Numbered from the stretch's first letter, positions 30,272 to 40,859 are shown. The stretch: 64,000 nucleotides of DNA from Sedimentisphaerales bacterium (GCA_963663965.2 CAXXFK010000033.1:253181-317180), one strand, 5' to 3'. Program-made: numbers and translations. Notes: a model not told the origin generated them from the letters alone.

Positions 30272-31185
30272 TGACTATACCTCATTAAAAGAATAAAGCC
30301 GAATCCGCAAAACAGCAAAGCCGCTATCAGCAGACCAGGGATATGACACATCCTGAGCCTGGCCATGATGGATTCTACCATGCCTATCACGATTGCCAGC
30401 CCCACAATTTCTATCATGAACAGCGGCCAATTCATCCATAGGATCCCCGCCTGGAAAGGCAGGACAATGTGCAGCAGAACGGAACCGAGAACAAACAGTT
30501 TCATGGATGCAGCATAGAGTATGATTCCAAACAGCGGGCCGCTGTGATCAAGGACCATCACCTCGTGAATCATGGTCAGTTCAAGGTGTGTGTTGGGGTC
30601 GTCCACGGGAATACGGCTGCTTTCCGCCAGCAGCACGACAAATAGCCCTATCGAAACCAGAATCAGCGGCGCAACCATCGCCGAGGAGAACCTGCCTGCC
30701 GGACCGTGGAGCATGTGAGTCAGTATCAGTGAGCCAGACAGTCTGGCCAACACAAGAAAAGCGAAGAACAGCGCAGGCTCTGAAAGACAGGCAAACGTCA
30801 CTTCTCGGGCTGCTCCCATTCCCTCGAAAGGTGAACCGGTATCCATCGCCGCGGCTGTCGTAAAAAACCGTGCCAGCCCGAAGAGATAAGCAAAAAGAAC
30901 TAAATCACCCGCAAACGCAATCGGCGCGTTAAATCCGCTGATTGGTATGAGCATGCCGGCCAGGAGAACCGCCCCAAGCGTCACAACCGGACCGGCAATA
31001 AAAATCCATGTTGTGGTGGTGCTGATGACCATCCCCTTACGCATCAGTTTAAACAGGTCGTAATAAAGCTGAAGTACAGGCGGGCCATTCCGGCCCGCAA
31101 ACCACGCTTTCGTTTTGTTAATAACCCCCAGTAAAAGCGGTGGCATCATGACCAAAAGTAATATATGAATTATTTTGTCCGTCAT
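30268..31185 (-). CDS. ehrB: Ehr membrane subunit (NuoH/HycD/HyfC-like)
   Basis: GRNGPPVLQLYYDLFKLMRK, DTGSPFEGMGAARE, RIPVDDPNTHLELTMIHE, ESIMARLR. Confidence 0.88.
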   Translation of the reverse strand: MTDKIIHILLLVMMPPLLLGVINKTKAWFAGRNGPPVLQLYYDLFKLMRKGMVISTTTTWIFIAGPVVTLGAVLLAGMLIPISGFNAPIAFAGDLVLFAYLFGLARFFTTAAAMDTGSPFEGMGAAREVTFACLSEPALFFAFLVLARLSGSLILTHMLHGPAGRFSSAMVAPLILVSIGLFVVLLAESSRIPVDDPNTHLELTMIHEVMVLDHSGPLFGIILYAASMKLFVLGSVLLHIVLPFQAGILWMNWPLFMIEIVGLAIVIGMVESIMARLRMCHIPGLLIAALLFCGFGFILLMRYSQ

Positions 31186-33212
31186 CGTGAAACTCCAATA
31201 CTGCTGAATATCAACAGAAAGATTACAATCACCAGAATATACAGCACATAAAGATGGGTCTGGCCGCGCTGCAAAACACGAAGCATCGGAAGATATTTGC
31301 CGAGGATGCCGAACAGCGGCATGACCAACCTGTCAAGGAACGTATCCGGAACCATGCTCTTAAAGTGTGCGGTATCGGGAAAGAGCCGGCCGGTCGAAGG
31401 CCGAGTTGTTTTAGGCCAGAGGATAAAAGCAAACAGTCCCACAAGCATTTGTCCAAGTGATGAACCGGTATACTGAATTCTTGCCGTTGGCCGTGCGTAG
31501 CCGCAATCCCATGTTCCGGCTTTGCTGGCAATTTTGGTTTGCATCAGTTTTTTCAACGCGAGCACAATTATTCCGACAAACACAATAAAAACGAGTCCCA
31601 TGACGGTCATCCACTTCAGCGGCGCCGCGGTTGTAATCGGAGCCGTATGCCCGGGCAGTAACGCCCATGTCTTTACCGCGTTATCAAGCGAGGTCGAGGC
31701 TATCATTGGAAAGAGCCCAATACAACTGCAACCCAGCGCCAGAACCGCCATTGGGATTACCATGCTTGCCGGTGGCTGGTATTGATGATTACCCCTTTCA
31801 TCGCGAGGAGCGCCAAGGAACACCGCGCCAAACAGCTTCACAAAACACGCAACCGCCAGCGCTCCAGTCATGGCCAATGGGACTGCCGTTATCGCCGCGG
31901 CGGGGAATCCGGCCGCACCGTTAAGACCGATCGCGTTGAATAGTCCGCTGTAAATCAGCCATTCACTGGCAAAGCCGTTCAATGGCGGCAAGGCACAGAT
32001 GGCAACCGCCCCGATGACAAACAAAATCATGGTCAGCGGCATTTGTTTGGCCAATCCGCCCATCCGATCGATATTTCGCGTGTGACAGGCATGGATGATT
32101 GCTCCGGCATTCAGGAACAGCAACGATTTAAAAAGGCTGTGATTCCATATATGCAGCAGCGAACCGCCCAGCCCAAGGATAACCCATATCGGCTGGTTCT
32201 GCGACCGTCCGAGCAGCGCCAAACCCAGGCCAATCATAATGATTCCAATATTTTCTATGCTGCTGTATGCCAGGATTCGTTTGATGTCACTCTGGCCGAT
32301 GGCAAATGCAATTCCCGCTACACCGGTGACGGCTCCTGCAGTCAATGCCGTCACGCCCCACCAGTCCGCCGTTACGGGGAGCAGGGCCGTCATGCGTATG
32401 ATGCCGTATACACCCATTTTGAGCATCACGCCGGACATGATCGCCGATACATGACTTGGCGCGTTCGCATGAGCTCCGGGCAGCCATACATGCAGAGGCA
32501 TGATGCCCGCCTTGAATCCGAATCCGATAAATGACAAGACAAAGATAGTCCCGGCTAATTTCGTCGAAATGCCTTGCGCCGATGTCAATACCAATGAACC
32601 TGTTGTATGCTTCCAAAGTGCAAACATGGCAATCAGGCATAATGTGCCGACGTGCGTTGCGATCAAATAAATCCAGCCGGCCCGGCAAACTTCCGGGTTG
32701 TCATTTTCAGCCGTCGCCGCAAAAAAGGCGGAAACCGCCATCGTTTCCCATGCAATCAAAAATAAAACGGCATCATGTGCAATAACGACAAGCGCCATGG
32801 AACCGGCCAGCAAACCATAGAAGAAGGCCAGCGATCGTCCATTTTCCGGATGTTCCGACTGCTTCCAGTATCTCAATCCATAAATCGAGCCAAGCGCCGG
32901 CACCAAAAACACCGGCATCAAAAACACGATGCTGACAGCATCGACGGTTACGGCAAACTGTCCCCACGGCAAAAACCATGGCACAGACAATGCCGGCAAA
33001 TCCGCCTGTTTGAACGATACCGCTATCCCGCCGAATCCCGCCACACTGCCCAGAAGCATCAAACAGGAGGCTAGGCGTTGCCCTGTCATCGAACGCGATG
33101 AAAACAGGTAACCCGGAAGACCGCTGAAACCTAATAGAATTACCGCCAAAAGTATCAACTGAATGCTTAACATACTATTATTTTTCTGATTGTCCGCAAG
33201 GGACCGCATCAC
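31182..33212 (-). CDS. ehrA: Ehr antiporter-like subunit, second paralog (HyfB/HycC-like); true start may be 33209 or 33173
   Basis: [69 protein letters not shown]. Confidence 0.85.
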   Translation of the reverse strand: MMRSLADNQKNNSMLSIQLILLAVILLGFSGLPGYLFSSRSMTGQRLASCLMLLGSVAGFGGIAVSFKQADLPALSVPWFLPWGQFAVTVDAVSIVFLMPVFLVPALGSIYGLRYWKQSEHPENGRSLAFFYGLLAGSMALVVIAHDAVLFLIAWETMAVSAFFAATAENDNPEVCRAGWIYLIATHVGTLCLIAMFALWKHTTGSLVLTSAQGISTKLAGTIFVLSFIGFGFKAGIMPLHVWLPGAHANAPSHVSAIMSGVMLKMGVYGIIRMTALLPVTADWWGVTALTAGAVTGVAGIAFAIGQSDIKRILAYSSIENIGIIMIGLGLALLGRSQNQPIWVILGLGGSLLHIWNHSLFKSLLFLNAGAIIHACHTRNIDRMGGLAKQMPLTMILFVIGAVAICALPPLNGFASEWLIYSGLFNAIGLNGAAGFPAAAITAVPLAMTGALAVACFVKLFGAVFLGAPRDERGNHQYQPPASMVIPMAVLALGCSCIGLFPMIASTSLDNAVKTWALLPGHTAPITTAAPLKWMTVMGLVFIVFVGIIVLALKKLMQTKIASKAGTWDCGYARPTARIQYTGSSLGQMLVGLFAFILWPKTTRPSTGRLFPDTAHFKSMVPDTFLDRLVMPLFGILGKYLPMLRVLQRGQTHLYVLYILVIVIFLLIFSSIGVSR

Positions 33213-35215
33213 CTTGCGAACAATCGCATCATAACCTCCTTAAAAGGTATCATCGTGCTCAGCATCAGGATTACCGCAATCAGAATATAGAGCAAATAGT
33301 GTTGTGTAATTCCCTGCTGGAATCGGCGGAACCAGCCAAATCCTTTCTCAACCGTTCGGCAGGCCGGCCATATGATTCGATCCAGAATCATGTCACTCAC
33401 ATGACTGAACATCTTTGCCGACTTCGGAAACAATCCACCGATAAGCGGATAATGAATATGCGGGCCAAGCACCCAGCGGAACATGGCCACGATCATCTGT
33501 GCAAACGAAGAGGCGGTGTACTGTATTCGATTCGTCGGACAGGCATAGCCACAGTCCCAGGTGCCGACACAACGGGAAAACCGGCGGCAAAACCGCAGAA
33601 AGACCGTTATTGAGATAACTGGAATAACAAAGGATACCGCTAAAAAGCTAACCGTTTTCAAGGGGACAAGCTCGCTGATGCTTGTTATCGGCAAATCGGA
33701 CTCAACCGTCCAGTTTGATATGACGGTATCAAGAATCGGGGCCAGCAATACAGGCGTCAATCCAATCGCAAAGCAAGCGGCGGCCAGAACCATCATCGGC
33801 ACACGCATACTCATGGGTGATTCGTGGGCGTGAACCGTTGCTTCCGTACGCGGATTTCCAAGAAATACCGCACTGTAAACCTTCACGAAACAAGCGACCG
33901 CCAGTGCGCCAATCATGGCCAGAACCGGCACAACCATCACAGCGGCTGAGCCCATCGCTCCGTCAGTTATTATCGTTCTGAGCAAACCCAAATAAACAAA
34001 CAGTTCGCTCACAAATCCGTTCAGTGGAGGCAAACCACAGATAGCCACCGCGCCGACAGCAAACATCGCAGCCGTCCATGGCATCGTTTTGGCAAGTCCA
34101 CCCAGAGAATCGATATTCCGCGTATGCACATTGTGCACTACCGAGCCGGCGCTTAGAAACAGCAATGACTTGAACAAGCTGTGATTCCATGTATGTAACA
34201 GGCAGCCGGCCATCCCCAGTACAATCCATCCCGGCTGACCGGCCGAACATCCCAGCATGGCCAGCCCAAGCCCCATCAGGATAATGCCGATGTTCTCGAC
34301 ACTGTGATACGCAAGCAGCCGTTTTAAATCATGCTGACCAATCGCGAATACGACCCCCAAAAGTCCGCTGATTGCGCCCAGCAGGAGAATCAGGCCACCC
34401 CACAAATATGGCGGATTCGGCAGCAGCGACAGGATTCGCACAAGACCATAGATACCCATTTTCAACACCACACCGGAAAGCATCGCGGAGACATGGCTTG
34501 GGGCATTGGCGTGCGCACCAGGCAGCCAAAAATGTAACGGCATGATACCTGCCTTCACGCCAAATCCTAAAAGCGACAGAAAAAATAAAACGTTCATGAC
34601 ACAGAGACTGATTGCGTCTTCGGGAATCGGCTTTAAATCATAAGAACCTGTTGCCCATCGCCAAAGGGCGAACATTGCAAACAGGGTTAAGGTGCCCAGA
34701 TGTGTTGCGATGAGATAAATCCAGCCGGCCCTCCGACACTCTTCTTTATGATCTTCCGCCGCAATTAAAAAGAATGCCGATAAAGCCATTGCTTCCCACC
34801 CGAACAGAAACGCCATGGCATGCCTGCTGATGACCAGCAGCGACATCCCGGCGACCAACAACCCCCAGAACAATCGAAGTTTGCTGCCGTCTTTTAGATG
34901 ATGAAGCTGCGGCCAGTATCCAATTCCGTAGATGGAGCCAAGCCCGCCCATCAGGAATATGGGAAGAAGAAAAAATGCGCTCAAGCTGTCAATCCCGACA
35001 ACTGAATTACCCATGGCAGGCCAGGGAAAGCTCATAACGTGCAAGGAATGAACTCCCAATGAAACTCCTCCGCCAATCAACCCAAGTATTGAACTGCTGC
35101 CCATCATCCAAACCGCGATACGCTGGCCCCAGAGGGTTCTTCGTGGCAGACATACTCCGCTCAGCCCACTGGCTGCTGCCAAAATAACAGCAACGATGAT
35201 AAGATCAAGGGACAT
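33209..35215 (-). CDS. ehrA: Ehr antiporter-like subunit, first paralog (HyfB/HycC-like)
   Basis: [53 protein letters not shown]. Confidence 0.85.
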   Translation of the reverse strand: MSLDLIIVAVILAAASGLSGVCLPRRTLWGQRIAVWMMGSSSILGLIGGGVSLGVHSLHVMSFPWPAMGNSVVGIDSLSAFFLLPIFLMGGLGSIYGIGYWPQLHHLKDGSKLRLFWGLLVAGMSLLVISRHAMAFLFGWEAMALSAFFLIAAEDHKEECRRAGWIYLIATHLGTLTLFAMFALWRWATGSYDLKPIPEDAISLCVMNVLFFLSLLGFGVKAGIMPLHFWLPGAHANAPSHVSAMLSGVVLKMGIYGLVRILSLLPNPPYLWGGLILLLGAISGLLGVVFAIGQHDLKRLLAYHSVENIGIILMGLGLAMLGCSAGQPGWIVLGMAGCLLHTWNHSLFKSLLFLSAGSVVHNVHTRNIDSLGGLAKTMPWTAAMFAVGAVAICGLPPLNGFVSELFVYLGLLRTIITDGAMGSAAVMVVPVLAMIGALAVACFVKVYSAVFLGNPRTEATVHAHESPMSMRVPMMVLAAACFAIGLTPVLLAPILDTVISNWTVESDLPITSISELVPLKTVSFLAVSFVIPVISITVFLRFCRRFSRCVGTWDCGYACPTNRIQYTASSFAQMIVAMFRWVLGPHIHYPLIGGLFPKSAKMFSHVSDMILDRIIWPACRTVEKGFGWFRRFQQGITQHYLLYILIAVILMLSTMIPFKEVMMRLFAR

Positions 35216-35260
35216 CAGTAAATCCGGTGGTGTGGATGAACTAAATATTTTATGTTATCA

Positions 35261-35977
35261 TTAACGGGCATTGACAGGATTTTCATTGCCGGCGGTGTTT
35301 AATGCAGGAAGTGCCGCTTCAGCACGAGACAACGATTCCATCAAGTCCTCACGTGAGGCCTGCCGCCTAAGCGCCGTTTTAAATTCCTGGTTTTGCAGAA
35401 CAAACCCAAGACGGGACAAGATATGCAAATGTGCCCGAACGGTTGGGCTGATAAGTGTAAATAAGGTGCTGACCGACTGGCCATCAATGGCTTTAAAATC
35501 GATCGGATGATCCAAAAAGCATAATGTGATACTGGGTTTGGAAACATGCAGCACAACCGGGTTTCGGACATGCGGAATTGCAATACCGTCACCAATTCCC
35601 GTCGATCCCAGCGTCTCACGGGCCATCAACACCTGATACAGGAATTCCCGATCCACCTCTTCCGGCAGATTCAGGAGGTCAACAACCGAACGCAACACAG
35701 ACGCCTTGTCTTTGCCCCCGATTCGATAAGAAATACCGCCGGCTTTTAAGGCATCAGAAAGACTGGGCAACGGGCTTTTGCTTTGCTCTGTTTCTTGAAA
35801 GATTTCAGGAGAAATCTGGATGCGGCGAGACGTCGCCCAATCCAGTAATTCAGCTCGATTAAACCGGTATTGCTCATTAATCCGGTAGGCCGGAACAATC
35901 TGCTGCTTAATCCAGCGATAAATCGTTTTCTCTGAAACATTCAGAATTTTAGCCGTCTCTTTGACTGAAAGTTGCAT
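35261..35977 (-). CDS. Excisionase-like HTH (HTH_17) fused to a PTS EIIA (Fru/Ntr-type) domain
   Basis: LSVKETAKILNVSEKTIYRW...QYRFNRAEL..W; RETLGSTGIGDGIAIPH with the phospho-acceptor His; FKAIDG, HLHILSRL. Confidence 0.9.
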   Translation of the reverse strand: MQLSVKETAKILNVSEKTIYRWIKQQIVPAYRINEQYRFNRAELLDWATSRRIQISPEIFQETEQSKSPLPSLSDALKAGGISYRIGGKDKASVLRSVVDLLNLPEEVDREFLYQVLMARETLGSTGIGDGIAIPHVRNPVVLHVSKPSITLCFLDHPIDFKAIDGQSVSTLFTLISPTVRAHLHILSRLGFVLQNQEFKTALRRQASREDLMESLSRAEAALPALNTAGNENPVNAR

Positions 35978-36011
35978 TCCTATATCCTATTAGACGTTTT
36001 TGTATATATTA

Positions 36012-36054
36012 TGACAATCAAGGACATTATAAAAAATATGTCCTAAAATGTCAA
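36012..36054 (-). promoter_or_regulatory. Perfect sigma70 promoter overlapped by a 42-bp palindromic operator
   Basis: Minus strand TTGACA (36054-36049), 17 nt, TATAAT (36031-36026); plus strand TGACA-N4-AGGACAT-N10-ATGTCCT-N4-TGTCA. Confidence 0.8.
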
Positions 36055-36243
36055 ATAAAATATCAAGACCAGTCATCTTTCATGACTTTTTCGTAAAAAG
36101 ATATAACGTGTTTTTAATTAAATATTTACCATGGTATTTCGTATAATAATAAACTACTTTTTATAACAAATCCAGGAAACTACCTGGTTTTAATTTGGAG
36201 ATAAAGATACGCTTATCTGTCGCACAAATATGGCGAACGGGCC

Positions 36244-36573
36244 ATGCTTTATGAAATAAACGGACCGTTCTTTTTCGGCGCGGCCCATAAACTGGTAGAT
36301 GTCACAGGTAAGGTGGGCATGAATACGCGGCTGGTCATCATTAAAATGCGCGAAGTGCCGACGATCGATACCACCGGTTTGCATCATTTGCGTACTTTGT
36401 TAAAACCCTGCCGTCGTCATGGCGTGATTTTATACCGGACGGAAGTCAGGCCGGTGTTGCTGGCAGTACTGGAAAAAAGCGGTCTGGCGGATGAACTGGG
36501 AAACGCGTGTATCTGCAAAGATATCCAGACAGCGCTACGTCATTTCCAGGCATCCACGGCAAACCATCTTTGA
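36244..36573 (+). pseudogene. STAS domain of SulP-transporter type, probably a truncated sulP remnant
   Basis: YEINGPFFFGAA..VIIKMREVPTIDTTGL matches the SulP C-terminus; no TM region upstream; a short out-of-frame linker-like segment (GDKDTLICRTNMANG) precedes it. Confidence 0.6.
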
Positions 36574-36582
36574 CGGCGGCAA

Positions 36583-37164
36583 CTATAAAATTGAAATATT
36601 TTCTGATACACATTCAATGAAATTCGTTAAGGTAAATGGTTCAGGCAGGCAATCGTCAAATCCCAGGGCCTTGATGGCATCGATTTCTCCCGGACGCAAT
36701 GGCGGGATAACGGCAATGATGCGGGTATTGGCGAACTGGTCGATTCGATGAATATCCTGGCAGAGTGATTTAATGTCGGCGTCTTCCAGCGTGATATTGA
36801 TAAAGATCAGATTTGGGTTGAATCCGCTGGATGCAATGCCGGCTTCAAACAATGATTCGGCAGTGCGAATCAGATACATGCCATCGTTGCCAAGGGACTG
36901 GACGATATACTCATTGCGGTGTTGATCGCTATCGATGATCAATATCCGCAGTAATCCGGTACTGAGGTGGCTGACCGGCATGTTGTTCTGGCGCAGGAAT
37001 CGAATCAGTTGCGATAACGGAATACGCCGATCCCGGCTGCCGGGTATGAGATACCCGCGCAGCTGTCCGGAATCAAACCACTTGGTAACCGTTCTGGGAG
37101 CGACGTTGCATAGCCGTGAGACATCGCCGGTCGTTAACACATCTTTGGGCTTGGTCGTTGTCAT
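36583..37164 (-). CDS. Planctomycete-type HTH_17 plus pseudo-receiver regulator, paralog 2
   Basis: VLTTGDVSRLCNVAPRTVTKWFDSGQLRGYLIPGSRDRRIP; degenerate REC domain; ATG at 37164 is 8 nt after GAAAGGA. Confidence 0.85.
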   Translation of the reverse strand: MTTTKPKDVLTTGDVSRLCNVAPRTVTKWFDSGQLRGYLIPGSRDRRIPLSQLIRFLRQNNMPVSHLSTGLLRILIIDSDQHRNEYIVQSLGNDGMYLIRTAESLFEAGIASSGFNPNLIFINITLEDADIKSLCQDIHRIDQFANTRIIAVIPPLRPGEIDAIKALGFDDCLPEPFTLTNFIECVSENISIL

Positions 37165-37177
37165 AGGACTCATCCTT

Positions 37178-37759
37178 TCAATGTTCGAAAAGAGTAAATT
37201 TTTGAATAGTGGCTTTGATCTGATCAGAAGTAAATGGACGGCGCAGAATGCCGTCAAAACCGTTTTGAATCAACGCCTGGACTTCTCCGTCGCTCAGGTC
37301 AGGGCAAATCGCCACGATCCGGGTATATTGAAATTGCCGGTGATCGTGAATCGTACGGCAGATTTGTGTCGGGATCAGTGAGTCATCATTCATATCGATG
37401 AATACCACATGCGGACAGAATTCTTCGATCGTCAGCCCTGCGTTAAATAAAGAGTCTCGATGGGCCACGGCATAGCCCGGCCAGTTATTCAGATGATGCT
37501 GAAGGGTTTGAAACGCATCGCCGTTCTTTCCCAATAACAGGATCTTGCGGCAATCGCCTTCGATGGTGATGGTTGGTATTCCATTGGCGCGCATAAATCG
37601 CAACAGGTCAGAAAGCACGACTCGCCGGTCACGACTACCGGGAATACGATAACCGGTCAGGCGGCCGCTATCCACCCATTTGGAAACCGTTTTGGGAACC
37701 ACACGGCAGATTTCAGAAACCTGTCCGGTTGTTAAAATGGTGTCTTTCGAAAATTTCAT
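37178..37759 (-). CDS. Planctomycete-type HTH_17 plus pseudo-receiver regulator, paralog 1
   Basis: ILTTGQVSEICRVVPKTVSKWVDSGRLTGYRIPGSRDRRV; degenerate REC domain; GAGG RBS. Confidence 0.85.
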   Translation of the reverse strand: MKFSKDTILTTGQVSEICRVVPKTVSKWVDSGRLTGYRIPGSRDRRVVLSDLLRFMRANGIPTITIEGDCRKILLLGKNGDAFQTLQHHLNNWPGYAVAHRDSLFNAGLTIEEFCPHVVFIDMNDDSLIPTQICRTIHDHRQFQYTRIVAICPDLSDGEVQALIQNGFDGILRRPFTSDQIKATIQKFTLFEH

Positions 37760-37774
37760 GAGTGCCTCGCTTTC

Positions 37775-38047
37775 TTATTCGTGACTTTGAGAATGATCCG
37801 TTGTCTCAGGCGTTTCCGTGGTATGGTGGTTGAAAGCCTCAGGGCCGAACAGGATGAGTTTGATTTGATCATCCAGGTCATAGAGCCTCTGAATATGTTT
37901 GCGCAACAGATTCAGATCATTTTGGCATTGAGCGATCTGGCGTGCCACTTCGGCCTGTTCCTGTAACAAGGCGGCGACATTGCGTGATGGCGGGATACGA
38001 AGGGGCCAGTTGGCGCGAGACAGCATATTTTTCTGATATTGATTCAT
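37775..38047 (-). CDS. Small hypothetical coiled-coil protein
   Basis: 90-aa ORF with AGGA RBS and heptad-like helix LLQEQAEVARQIAQCQNDLNLLRKHIQRL; 15 bp from the next gene. Confidence 0.55.
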   Translation of the reverse strand: MNQYQKNMLSRANWPLRIPPSRNVAALLQEQAEVARQIAQCQNDLNLLRKHIQRLYDLDDQIKLILFGPEAFNHHTTETPETTDHSQSHE

Positions 38048-38286
38048 TTTTTATTTTCCTGTGTCAGGTGTTAATTTCTGCGGGTTACTGGCGCGTCCGC
38101 CATTGATATTCTCATCGATGTTCTGTGCATAGTTTCGACCGATGCGATCTGTCAATTAACTGGAATAAGACCGGGTGTGGCGGGTTTATTTCTGAATCAA
38201 CGAAGAAGAAATCAGTGGTATCTGGGGGTGTTTATGAGAAGTGTTTAGTGGCTGCCGGAGTATGGCTGGCAAAGCCCGGAGTTTTC

Positions 38287-38335
38287 AAAAAAAAACCGCA
38301 TGGTCCCGTCACGAAGAAAGGGATAGCGGTTTTTT
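38287..38335. terminator. Bidirectional terminator-like hairpin
   Basis: A-run-CCGC...TCCC...GGGA..GCGG-T-run, downstream of the FixJ-like gene. Confidence 0.55.
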
Positions 38336-38394
38336 GACGGCCAGGTGCCGGGTGATCTTTGCGGTGTTCCTGGGTGGCCTGGTAAAATGCCGGG

Positions 38395-39045
38395 TTATAC
38401 TGCGTGTTTGACCGGGGTAAACCGGGGCGTTGGCCTGGGGGAAGGAGAAAGAAACATCCGGGTCAATTCGATCAATGAATCAACATGCATCTTACGCAAG
38501 ATATTCGCGCGATGATAATCAACGGTTTTGGGACTGATATTCAAGTCGTTTGCGATAATTTTATTGTTTTTACCGGTTAACAGATGGGTAAGAATCTCCT
38601 TTTCGCGTCCTGTCAGGGTATCCAGTTTGCGGTCCAACTGCACTTTCTCTTCCTCCCGGTCGCGATTCAATTCATCTTCTTTAACGGCGCGTTGAATGCT
38701 GTCCAGCAGAACCTGGGAGCGAAAGGGTTTTTCAATAAAGTTGAAGGCGCCCCGTTTGATCGTTTCAACGGCCATGGGGACATCGCCATGGCCGGTAATA
38801 AAGATGATCGGGACGTGGATATTGTTCTGGGTCAGATATTCCTGAATTTCCAGGCCGCTCATCTCCGGAATGCGGACATCCAGTACCAGACAACTGGGGC
38901 GGGTGGTTTCAATTTGTTTGAGCAGTTCGGCCGGTCGATAAAAAGTTATGGCTTGCAGTCCGACGGTTTCCAGCATGGATTTTACTGAAATACAAATATC
39001 CTCATTATCGTCGAGAATGAAAACGACGGGTTGATAATGGTTCAT
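38395..39045 (-). CDS. FixJ/LuxR-family response regulator with no adjacent kinase
   Basis: VFILDDN, CLVLDVRIPEMSGL, IFITGHGDVPMAV, EKPF, LTGREKEIL..NKIIANDLNISPKTVDYHR. Confidence 0.92.
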   Translation of the reverse strand: MNHYQPVVFILDDNEDICISVKSMLETVGLQAITFYRPAELLKQIETTRPSCLVLDVRIPEMSGLEIQEYLTQNNIHVPIIFITGHGDVPMAVETIKRGAFNFIEKPFRSQVLLDSIQRAVKEDELNRDREEEKVQLDRKLDTLTGREKEILTHLLTGKNNKIIANDLNISPKTVDYHRANILRKMHVDSLIELTRMFLSPSPRPTPRFTPVKHAV

Positions 39046-39447
39046 AGAACACCTCTTTTTAGAAAAATATAATAATAGAAAACCTTGCTAAGTTCTTGAT
39101 GCGGGCGCAAAAAATCCCCGCGGGCAAATCGATTTAGCCTTAATGTCCCCAGAATAAAACTCAAATTCCTACCATTCGCTCAGCGCATAAACGAATCCAT
39201 ATCTTTCGATACCTCGTGATTTGCGATGAACAATGGTATGGACCAATCCCAATTTTACTTTATAGAAAATTTAATAAAATCTTATTCATTGTTTTTCCAC
39301 CTCAAGGATTCAATGAATACCTTCGTCAAACGACAAAAGCGTCGGGACAATTGGTATTAAACTTCACAGGAAACCAAACCCACTAAATGAGCTAGTATTC
39401 CATCCATGTTGTACGTCAAGCATCCAGTGCATTCACTCATTATAAAA

Positions 39448-39537
39448 CGGAGAGGGCGGGATTCGAACCCGCGGTACGAGTAATCCCCGTACGACGGTTT
39501 AGCAAACCGTTGCCTTAAGCCGCTCGGCCACCTCTCC
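39448..39537 (-). tRNA. tRNA-Ser(GCT), CCA not encoded
   Basis: GGAGAGGTGGCCGAGCGGCTTAAGGC-ACGGT-TT-GCT-AA-ACCGT, long variable arm, GGTTCGAATCC, CCTCTCCG. Confidence 0.97.
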
Positions 39538-39727
39538 AACTGGCTTACGCCAGAGAGAAGCTATCATTAAACCGAAATCTCCAGGGCTTTGCAAGATAAA
39601 ACCCTGGTTTGTTTTCAAATATTGCGATAAAGTTAGCTCGATCTGGCAGGGATAAATGTCCAATCAGGGCCAATGCTTTGTAAGTATTTTATTTGAATAT
39701 AGTTAAGAGTTGTAATTTGAGGGGTTT

Positions 39728-40546
39728 TTATTCCCAGAATTTTGCTGGGTCACGCAGGTGGATTTCCGGGAACAATGCTTTAAAGCGATCTATAATCAGT
39801 GAACAATTTAAAGGGCGGTTTTTACCGTCGGATATATTGCCGGCAATGAGAGACGGATCAATGCCTTGCCAGTTGGCAAAGTATTCCAGTTCTTCATAAC
39901 GAGAAATATAGCGCGGACCGGCAATATGAAGCCGGCCGGTATAATCGGACAATGACGAGGTGATGATGCCCCTGGAGAGATCTACAATATGGACAGGATT
40001 GCGAATTTCATTGGTGTAAAAGGTTACAATGTGTCCCTGTCGGAGTTTTTCCAGTTCATTCAGCCAGCGTGGCGGGATTGGATCTTTTCCGCTGATCAAA
40101 CTGGTCCGAATAATTAAATGGTTGGAACAATTAGCGGTTACGATTCGTTCTGCCTGGTATTTCGCCTGGCCATAGGCCGTATTAGGATTGGGCGAGGCAG
40201 TTTCATCGTAGGGGCCGTTATTCCCATCGAAGACAAAATCGGTCGAAATGAAGATAAAGCGGATCATCCGAGCGGCATGTGCTAGGGATTCCGTCCCTTT
40301 AATAATGACAGAATCAAAAAATTCCGGACGCTTGTCATACGCAGTATGAATAATTATATCCGGTCTTATGGTGTTTAACGTATTTGAAACAGATTCAGGA
40401 TCGCTAAGGTCAATAGGGCATGGGCGACCGTATCGGGTTTGATTACAGTGATATCCTGCATACAATTCGATATAGGGTAATTGTGATAGTTGTTTGCTAA
40501 TCTCAGTGCCCAGATATCCGCTGGCGCCAGTAACCAGAATCTTCAT
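39728..40546 (-). CDS. dTDP-4-dehydrorhamnose reductase (RmlD)-like extended SDR
   Basis: ILVTGASGYLG, ISTDFVFDG, YGQAK, IIRTS. Confidence 0.85.
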   Translation of the reverse strand: MKILVTGASGYLGTEISKQLSQLPYIELYAGYHCNQTRYGRPCPIDLSDPESVSNTLNTIRPDIIIHTAYDKRPEFFDSVIIKGTESLAHAARMIRFIFISTDFVFDGNNGPYDETASPNPNTAYGQAKYQAERIVTANCSNHLIIRTSLISGKDPIPPRWLNELEKLRQGHIVTFYTNEIRNPVHIVDLSRGIITSSLSDYTGRLHIAGPRYISRYEELEYFANWQGIDPSLIAGNISDGKNRPLNCSLIIDRFKALFPEIHLRDPAKFWE

Positions 40547-40859
40547 AGTTTGATCTCGTCATTTGAAAATAGGATTCAATTTATCAATATCGACGATAAG
40601 CGAGTACAGGCAATTATCCCTGCTGATGATAACACAATAAGCGTTAAGGTCTGCCCAACAAGACATATTAACAGAGTGTCTGTGAGCATTTTAAATCAGG
40701 TTAATACGTATAACTGTTTATATCATAATAACATATGAATATCAATGCTCTCAAGGGATAATAGGCCTGACCAAACAAAAATTTTTTTCTTGTGTTGATT
40801 AAAAAAAAGGATTAAAAACAGGCAGTAAAATAAGTTACAAGAAATCTGGAGCAAGTTGG

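Noticed and set aside
25837..35215. Formate hydrogenlyase or NiFe hydrogenase-4
   Set aside because: Large subunit lacks both NiFe CxxC motifs; no maturation or fdh genes in the window
25672..39447. Integrative island inserted at the tRNA-Ser 3' end
   Set aside because: No integrase, and I saw no duplicated tRNA 3' fragment (att site)
39357..39539. 60-aa minus-strand ORF
   Set aside because: It is a translation of the tRNA-Ser gene
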